From the human T2T-CHM13v2.0 reference genome, Homo sapiens, in the NCBI RefSeq assembly GCF_009914755.1, contig NC_060928.1: 64,000 nt of DNA; one strand, 5' to 3'. The translations under genes were made by a program, and so were the position numbers. Below the pieces are notes generated by a model, which was not told the origin of the DNA, made no database searches, and saw nothing but the letters and a program-made list of their open reading frames with translations. Below, in pieces: positions 1 through 8,698 of this stretch; position 1 is the stretch's first letter; every line of letters starts with the position of its first letter.

Positions 1-950
1 TCTGTTTGTTAGTTTTCCTTCTAACAGACAGGACCCTCAGCTGCAGGTCTGTTGGAGTTTGCTAGAGGTCCACTCCAGACCCTGTTTTCCTGGGTATCAG
101 CAGGGGTGTCTGTACAACCGCGGATTTTCATGATCCACGAATGCTGCTGTCTGATCTTTCCTCTAGAAGTTTTGTCTCAGAGGAGTACCCGGCCGTGTGA
201 GGTGTCAGTCTGCCCCTACTGGGGGGTGCCTCCCAGTTAGGCTGCTCGGGGTCAGGGGTCAGGGACCCACTTGAGGAGGCAGTCTGCCCGTTCTCAGATC
301 TCCAGCTGCGTGCTGGGAGAACCACTGCTTTCCTCAAAGCTGTCAGACAGGGACGTTTAAGTCTGCAGAGGTTACTGCTGTCTTTTTGTTTGTCTGTGCC
401 CTGCCCCCAGAGGTGGAGCCTACAGAGGCAAGCAGGCTTCCTTGAGCTGTGGTGGGCTCCACCCAGTTCGAGCTTCCCCGCTGCTTTGTTTACCTAAGCG
501 AGCCTGGGCAATGGCGGCCGCCCCTCCCCCAGCCTCATTACTGCCTTGCAGTTTGATCTCAGACTGCTGTGCTAGCAATCAGCGAGACTCCCTGGGCGTA
601 GGACCCTCCGAGCCAGGTGTGGGAAATAATCTCCTGGTGCACCGTTTCCTAAGCCCGTCGGAAAAGCGCAGTATTTGGGTGGGAGTGGCCCGATTTTCCA
701 GGTGCCCTCCTTTCCTTGACCAGGAAAGGGAACTCCCTGACCCCTTACGCTTCCCAAGTGAGGCAATGCCTCGCCCTGCTTCGGCTGGCGCACGGTGCCC
801 TGCACCCACTGTCCTGCACCCACTGTCTGGCACTCCCTAGTGAGATGAACCCGGTACCTCAGATGGAAATGCAGAAATCACCCATCTTCTGCGTGGCTCA
901 TGCTGGGAGCTGTAGACCAGAGCTGTTCCTATTCAGCCATCTTGGCTCCC
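1..950 (-). mobile_element. 5' UTR of a young primate LINE-1 (L1PA3-L1PA5-like); the element body continues left of the window
   Basis: Reverse complement begins GGGAGCCAAGATGGCTGAATAGGAACAGCTC (L1 5' terminus; YY1 core GCCATCTTG at 936-944). Relatively CpG-rich. Retains the ~130-bp segment (~58-187) that is absent from L1HS/L1PA2. Confidence 0.95.
511..840 (+). CDS. L1 antisense ORF0 homolog, C-terminally extended (109 aa)
   Basis: ATG at 511 reads MAAAPPPASLLPCSLISDCCASNQRDSLGVGPSEPGVG..., which matches L1 ORF0. Splice donors CAG|GT at 617 and 702. Expression is not shown by the sequence. Confidence 0.6.
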   Translation: MAAAPPPASLLPCSLISDCCASNQRDSLGVGPSEPGVGNNLLVHRFLSPSEKRSIWVGVARFSRCPPFLDQERELPDPLRFPSEAMPRPASAGARCPAPTVLHPLSGTP

Positions 951-1074
951 GGATCCAGTTTAACTTTTGCAGAGGTAATTTCGTGGTCTCTTTTTCTTAT
1001 TTGAATGACAATTTTGCCATGGGTTGACATCTAGCAAGAGAATGTTGAGAATCATTGAAAAACTTCAAGTACCT

Positions 1075-1240
1075 TTGAATTGGAATCAGGAGACCTGGGT
1101 TGGGGGTCAGACACCATTCCATGTTAGCTATGGGATTCTTTCTGAGCTTTCTTTGTAAAATGGAGATGGTAACCCTTGCCTGGATTTTCTCACAAGGCTA
1201 TTGTGAAATGCATATTGTGGAATGATGTATGCAAAAGTGT
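1075..1240 (+). mobile_element. MIR SINE fragment
   Basis: TGGAATCAGGAGACCTGGGTT...TCTGAGCTTTCTTTGTAAAATGGAGATG...TTGTGAA resembles the MIR core. Confidence 0.65.
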
Positions 1241-4200
1241 TTTTTAAACCAGAAAGCACAAGCAAAATTAGGTAGTTTTCTTGTAAATTTATAGAAGATT
1301 ATCATGAGGTAATAGAATCCTATGGCTGGGCATAGCCTTAGAAATTCATCTGAAAAACCACCTCACCGTGTTTCTGCTGTTTGACCTTTCCATTTTTCTT
1401 TAAGAAAGATTTCTCTTCTATTACCCAGTACCTTCAGCCAAAGGAACTGGACCATTTTTATTCAAATGCCACCCTGAATATTCATGTGTATTTCTGTTGC
1501 TGAATTATCTACCTGCTCCTTTCCATCTGAAATGTAAATTCTTGGGATGTTGCTCCCCAGTAAATGTTATCTCAGTTTTGACAGGAGGCTGTATTCCTGG
1601 TTCCTGGGGATTGACTGTCATAGTATTCCTGGTCCCTGTCAGTTAGGGAAGGGACTGGTTGTGGAATTCATGAATGAAATTGTTTTCTAAAAAATATATA
1701 GTCTGTCATATTCCTGGGCTACATCAGGGAAAACAAAAACCAAAAACTTCCCTTCGGAGTCACTTGTGAGCTATTGGATACTTGCTTGCAAGGTATCATT
1801 TGTCCTATACACCCTTAAGTACCCAAGTTAGGAAGTCACTATCTGTGGGCTTTGGACCCCTCCACTTTCAGTGGCAGCATGTGCCACCTTTGGTCTCTGA
1901 GGGGTAAAAGATTTTTTAAAAAATCGAGCTAATTTTAAACATTAGACCTTTCCCTGTAAGATCTACCTATTAATACTGGTTCCTTGAAGAAAGAAATGCT
2001 ATTTTTTTTCTTTGTGATGGCTTTGAGAAAGGCAAAAAATTTAATTCCTGAGATTTTATTTTATTTTGTTGAAGCCAAACATCTATAATCCCTTTAACCA
2101 TTTCACATATGGAAAAATTCCGAGTCCCCCAAATTCCTAGTCATCCTGTCCTGCTTCTCCCAACTCTCAGTTGGGTGCCTTTGCTTGTGATATGAATTGA
2201 AAATATTTTAGCTCAATTTATCTTTTGCCTTTTCACTTTGTTTATAATAGTATGGTGGTTTGCTGCACCAACAACCATCATCTACATTAGGTATTTCTCT
2301 TAATGCTATCCCTCCTCTTGCCCCCCACCCCCTGACAGGCCCTGGTGTGTGATGTTCCCCTCCCTGTATCCATGTGTTCTCATTGTTCAACTCCCGCTTA
2401 TGAGTGAGAACATGCGGTCTTTAGTTTTCTGTTTCTGTGTTAGTTTGCTGAGAATGATGGTTTCCAGCTTCATCCATGTCCCTGCAAAGGACTTGAACTC
2501 ATCCTTTTTATGGCTGCATAGTATTCCATGGTGTATACGTGCCACATTTTCTTTATCCAGTCCATCATTGATGGACATTTGGGTTGGTTCCAAGTCTTTG
2601 CTATTGTGAACAGTGCTGCAATAAACATACATGTGCATGAGTCTTTATAGTAGCATGATTTATAATCCTTTGGGTATATACCCAATAATGTGATTTCTGG
2701 GTCAAATGGTATTTCTGGTTCTAGATCCTTGAGGAATCGCCACACTGTCTTCCACTATGGTGGAACTAATTTACAGTCCCACCAACAGTGTAAAAGTGTT
2801 CCTATTTCTCTGCATCCTCTCCAGCATCTGTTGTTTCCTGACTTTTTAATGATTGTATTCTAACTGGCATAAGATGGTATCTCATTGTGGTTTTGATTTG
2901 CATTTCTCTAATGACCAGTGATGATGAACTTTTTTTCATATATTTGTTGGCCGCATAAATGTCTTCTTTTGAGAAGTGTCTGTTCATATCCTTTGTCCAC
3001 TTTTTGATGGGGTTGTTTTTTTCCTGTAAATTTGTTTAAGTTCTTTGTAGATTCTGGATATTAGCCCTTTGTCAGATAGAAAGATTGCAAAAATTTTCTC
3101 CCATTCTGTAGGTTGTCTGTTCTCTCTGATGATAGTTTCTTTTGCTCTGCAGAAGCTCTTTAGTTTAATGAGCTCTCATTTGTCTATTTTGGCTTTTGTT
3201 GTCGTTGCTTTTGGTGTTTTAATCATGAAGTCTTTGCCCATGCCTATGTCCTGAATGGTATAGCCTATGTTTTCTTCTAGGGTTTGTATGGTTTTAGGTC
3301 TTATGTTTAAATCTTTAATCCATCTTGAGTTAATTTTTGTATAAGGTGTAAGGAAGGGGTCCAGTTTCAGTTTTCTGCATATGGCTAGCCAGTTTTCCCA
3401 GCACCATTTATTAAATAGGAAATCCTTTCCCCATTGCTTGTGTGTGTCAGGTTTGTCAAAGATCAGATGGTTGTAGATGTGTGGTATTATGTCTGAGGCC
3501 TCTGTTCTGTTCCATTGGTCTATATCTCTGTTTTGGTACCAGTACCATGCTGTTTTGGTTACTGTAGCCTTGTTGTATAGTTTGAAGTCAGTTAGTGTGA
3601 TTCCTTCAGCTTTATTCTTTTTGCTTAGGATTGTCTTGTCTATATGGGCTCTTTTTTGGTTCCATATGAAATTTAAAGTAGTTTTTTTTCTAATTCTGTG
3701 AAGAAAGTCAGTGGTAGCTTGGATGGAGATTAGCATTAAATCTATAAGTTACTTTGGTCAATATGGCCATTTTCACAATATTGATTCTTCCTATACATGA
3801 GCATGGAATGTTTTTCCATTTGTTCATGTCAGCTCTTATTTCCTTGAGAAGTGGTTTGTAATTCTCCTTGAAGAGGTCCTTCACATCCCTTGTAAGTTGT
3901 ATTCCTAGGTATTTTATTCTCTTTGTAGCAATTGTGAATGGGCGTTCACTCATGATTTGGCTCTCTATTATTGCTGTATAGGAATGCTTGTGATTTTGCA
4001 CATTGATTTTATATCCTGAGACTTTGCTGAAGTTGCTTATCAGCTTAAGGAGATTTGGGGTTGATACGATGGGGTTTTCTAAATATACAATCATGTCATC
4101 TGCAAACAATGACGATTTGACTTTCTCTCTTCCTATTTGAATACCCTTTATTTCTTTCTCTTGTCTGATTGCCCTGGCCAGAACTTCCAATGCTATGTTG

Positions 4201-7025
4201 AATAGGAGTGGTGAGAGAGGGCATGTTTGTCTTGTGCCAGTTTTCAGAGGGAATGCTTTCAGCTTTTGCCCATTCAGTATGATATTGGCTGTGGGTTTGT
4301 CATAAATGGCTCTTACTATTTTGATATATGTTCCATCAATACCTAGTTTACTGAGAGTTATTAGCATGAAGCGGTGTTGAATTTTATCAAAGGCCTTTTC
4401 TGCATGTATTGAGATAATCATGTGGTTTTTGTCATTGGTTGTGTTTATGTGATGGATTATGTTTATTGATTTGCATATGTTGAACCAGCCTTGCATCCCA
4501 GAGATGAAGCAGACTTGATCCTGGTGGGTAAACTTTTTGATGTGCTGCTGGATTCCATTTGCCAGTATTTTATTGAGAATTTTTGCATCGATGTTAATCA
4601 GGGATATGAGACTGAAATTTTCTTTTTTTGTTTTGTGTCTGCCAGGTTTTGGTATCAGGATGATGCTGGCCTCATAAGATGAGTTAGAGAGCAGTCCCTC
4701 TTTTTCTATTATTTGGAATAGTTTCATAAGGAATGTTACCAGTTTCTCTTTGTATCTGTGGTGGAATATGGCTGTGAATCCATCCGGTCCTGGGCTTTTT
4801 TCGGTTGGTAGGCTATTAATTACTGCCTCAATTTGAGAACTTGTTATTGGTCAATTCAGGGATTTGACTTCTTCCTGGTTTAGTCTTGAGATGGTGTATA
4901 TGTCCAGGAATTTATCCATTTCTTCTAGAATATCTAGTTTATTTGGGCAGAGGTGTTTATAGTATTCTCTGATGGTAGTTTGTATTTCTGTGGGATCAGT
5001 GGTGATATCCCCTTTGTCATTTTTTTAAATTATACTTTAAGTTCTAGGGTACATGTGCACAACATGCAGGTTTGATACATAGGTATACATGTGTCATGTT
5101 GGTTTGCTGCACCAATCAACTTATCATTTACATTAGGCATTTCTCCTAATGCCATCCCTCTTCCAGCCCCCTCCCCCCTGACAGGCCCTGGTGTGTGATG
5201 TTCCCCTCCCTGTTTCCAAGTGTTCTTATTGTTCAGTTCTCACCTATGAGTGAGAATATGTGGTCTTTGGTTTTCGGTCCTTCTGATAGTTTGCTGAGAA
5301 TGACGGTTTCCAGCTTCATCCATGTCCCTGCAAAGGACATGAACTCATCCCTTTTTTATGGCTGCATAGTATTCCATGGTGTATATGTGCCACATTTTCT
5401 TAATCCAGTCTATCATTGATGGACATTTGGGTTGGTTCCAAGTCTTTGCTATTGTGAGTAGTGCCGCAATAAACATATATGTGCATGTGTCTTTATAGTA
5501 GCATGATTTATAATCCTTTGGGTATATACCCAGTAATGGGATTTCTGGGTCAAGTGGTATTTCTGGTTCTAGGTCCTTGAGGAATCGCAACACTGTCTTC
5601 CACAATGGTTGAACTAATTTACACTCCTATCAACAGTGTAAAAATGTTCCTATTTCTCCACATCCTCTCCAGCATGTGTTGTTTCCTGACTTTTTAATGA
5701 TCGCCATTCTAACTGGCGTGAAATGCTATCTCATTGTGGTTTTGATTTGCATTTCTCTGGTGACCAGTCATGATGAGCATTTTTTCATGTGTCTGCTGGC
5801 TGCATAAATGTCTTCTTTTGAGAAGTGTCTGTTCATATCCTTTGTCCACTTTTTGATGGGGTTGTTTGTTTTTTTCTTGTAAATTTGTTTAAGTTCTTTG
5901 TGGATTCTGGATATTAGACCTTTGTCAGATGGGCAGATTGCAAAGTTTCCCAAATTCTGTAGGCTGCCTGTTCACTCTGATGGTAATTTCTTTTGCCATG
6001 CAGAAGCTCTTCAGTTTAATTAGATCCCATTTGTCTATTTTGGCTTTTGTTGCCATTGCTTTTGGTGTTTTAGTCACGAAGTCCTTGCCTATGCCTATAT
6101 CCTGAGTGGTATTGCCTAGGCTTTCTTCTAGGGATTTTATGGTTTTAGGTCTAACATTTACATCTTTAATACATCTTGAATTAATTTTTGTATAAGGTGT
6201 AAGGAAGGGATCGAGTTTTAGCTTTCTACATATGGCTAGCCAGTTTTCCCAGCACCATTTATTAAATAGGGGATCATTTCCCCATTGCTTGTTTTTGTCA
6301 GGCTTGTCAAAGATCAGATTGTTGTAGATGTGTGGTGTTATTTCTGAGGCCTCTGTTCTGTTCCATTGGTCTCTATATATGTTTTGGTACAGGTACCATG
6401 CTGTTTTGGTTACTGTAGGCTTGTAGTATAGTTTGAAGTCAGGTAACGTGATGACTCCAGCTTTATACTTTTTGCTTAGTATTGTCTTGGCAATGCAGGC
6501 TCTTTTTTGCTTCCATATAAACTTTAAAGTTGTTTTTTCCAGTTCTGTGAAGAAAGTCATTGGTAGCTTGATGGGGATGGCATTGAATCTACAAATTATC
6601 TTGGGCAGTATGGCCATTCTCATGATATTGATTATTCCTATCCATGAGCATGGAATGTTTTTCCAGTTTGTTGTGATTTCTGTTCTTTTACATTTGGTGA
6701 GGAGTGCATCACTTCCAATTATGTGGTCAATTTTAGAATAAGTGCGATGTGGTGCTGAGAAGAATGTATATTCTGTTGATTTGGGATGGAGAGTTCTGTA
6801 GATGTCTATTAGGTCTGCTTGGTGCAGAGCTGATTTCAAGTCCTGGGTATCCTTGTTAACCTTCTGTCCCATTGATCTGTGTAATATTGACAGTGGGATG
6901 TTAAAGTCTCCCATTATTATTGTGTGGGAGTCTAAGTCTCTTTGTAGGTCTCTAAGGACTTGCTTTATGAATCTGGGTGCTCCTGTATTGGGTGCATATA
7001 TATTTAGGATAGTTAGCTCTTCTTG

Positions 7026-8698
7026 TTTTTTTTTTTTTTGAAATTTAAGGAAAAAATTTAATGAAGATCTGAAAAACAATTCCTAAAAGATTGACTTTTC
7101 CAGAAAAGTAGCTACACAATGCATTGCATCTATCATGTTAAAACGTGCATTAGACACAAATACAAAAACTGTGAAACAAGCCATTCTTCAACAATTTGAG
7201 CCAAGATAAAATGCCTAAGTAACAACATGGATGACTTGCAAAGGATGGGCTCTTTACTTTAAGCACCATTAAAAAAAAAAAGGAGCACAAATGGATGAGT
7301 GTATTCAGTTATATACACTGAATTGAACCTTTGGCACTAGGAATCAGAGCATTTTGTCATGTAGCATTAACACGTATTATAAAAATGCATAGTGTTAAAG
7401 GAATAGAACCACCAGCATTCAAAAGCAGCTTTGTCAACTAGGCAATAAAACACTCTACAGCATATCCCTGTGTTGTCCATCATTGAAAACACTGGCAGCA
7501 ACTTTGAAATGAAAAAAAAAAAAAAAAAAAAGAGAAAAGGAGCTATTACCCCTTTTATTTTCTCTGTTTAAAATCAAACAGAAAACAAACATCAATTGTT
7601 ATACACTAACATCTTCAAAGCACATCGTTTGTACAAGAGATAGACTAAGAACAAAAATGTGTTTATGGAGATCCAAACATAAGTGAGTGAGAGTGCCTCT
7701 CACACAGCTTTCCGATGGTACTCAGGAAGAGCCACTTCATAATCGCTGGCACTAAACAAAGTTGCAGAATTCTTTGCCAGGTACTTTAGGAAATCGTGAA
7801 GATAATTGAGTAATAAAGCAAGGCTCTTCTCATTCAGAGGTGTATAGGCCAACATTGCTCCAATTTGTACAGATAATCTCAGGAGATGTGGCACTCCATA
7901 CACCTGGGACATGGGTGCATCGGGACAATCTGCAAGAATTTCGGCATACTGTGGTCTCTCAAATTTGTTGAGTAGCTGGGTGCCCAACATTAGGTTGAAG
8001 TATTCTTTTATCCCTGCCACAACTTCATTAACTGCATACTCCTTATTATCTGTGTTTCCATGAGATTTCTTGTAATTTGCATAGTCCTCAAGAATGGAAT
8101 CCACATTCTTCTCGGCAGGAAGATAGAAGAGCTGTTTTTGCCTGGTAATTAAGTCCCAGTCATCAACAAGCCATGGTTTTAGCTCTTCAGGAATCTTTAC
8201 TTTAACTTCAACTCTGTTCATGAATGTTTCCTCATTTTCAACAGTAGGATCTACCTGGGCCCTTTTCTTTCGAGGAGGCTGGGGAGTCTCACTGGTACTG
8301 CCACCATCTCCATTTCCAGGTGTTTTCTGTTTGTTCTTTTTTGTTTTCACTTCAATATTTTTCTGTTGCAGACCAGATGTCTTCTTTCCTGGGGCAGCCC
8401 ATCTCATCTTCCCCTCTGCATACTGCTCCTGATTGGCTTTTTGAAGTTCTCGCTGTTTCTGCAAATTGGTGTCCACATATTTGAGTACTCTGCTCTCCGG
8501 AACCCACTCATCCCAATTTTTATTCCAACCACTGTAATGTATAAAGTATTTCACTTTTTGTCCTTTATGGCAACCTTTACACACTTTGCATCATAAAGCA
8601 GAGGCCCATGAAACCACAGCACTCGCTCACCCTCCTGGAATTTAGGCTTTGGGTCCTGCTTCAGCACCATTTATAAGTGATTTGCCACCTCCTCCTTC
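7026..8698 (-). pseudogene. MORF4: Processed retrocopy of MORF4L1 (MRG15) mRNA = mortality factor 4
   Basis: Intronless. Ancestral ATG at 8670 (MVLKQDPKPKFQEGERVLWFHGPLLY), a 1-nt deletion giving TGA at 8553-8551, a ~660-nt 3' UTR, ATTAAA at 7062-7057 and poly(A) at 7026-7039. TSD AGCTCTTCTTGTT (7015-7027) / AGCACTTCTTGTT (8699-8711). Confidence 0.96.
7700..8407 (-). CDS. MORF4: MORF4 ORF, 235 aa, MRG domain without the chromodomain
   Basis: ATG at 8407 gives MRWAAPGKKTSGLQQKN...PEYHRKAV*, 708 nt uninterrupted. Basic NLS-like stretch followed by the MRG domain (VKIPEELKPWLVDDW, PMSQVYGVPHLLRL). Endogenous translation is uncertain. Confidence 0.75.
   Translation of the reverse strand: MRWAAPGKKTSGLQQKNIEVKTKKNKQKTPGNGDGGSTSETPQPPRKKRAQVDPTVENEETFMNRVEVKVKIPEELKPWLVDDWDLITRQKQLFYLPAEKNVDSILEDYANYKKSHGNTDNKEYAVNEVVAGIKEYFNLMLGTQLLNKFERPQYAEILADCPDAPMSQVYGVPHLLRLSVQIGAMLAYTPLNEKSLALLLNYLHDFLKYLAKNSATLFSASDYEVALPEYHRKAV

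Noticed and set aside
3708-4727. 339-aa reverse transcriptase ORF as a novel RT system
   Set aside because: It is an ordinary L1 ORF2 fragment bounded by frameshifts and stops
7511-7531. Internal A-run as a separate plus-strand insertion tail
   Set aside because: There is no associated element or TSD; it is best read as an expanded U-tract of the MORF4L1 3' UTR
7700-8584. 294-aa ORF as the MORF4 protein
   Set aside because: It starts at a GTG, and its first ~10 residues are out-of-frame sequence upstream of the 1-nt deletion; the first in-frame ATG is at 8407
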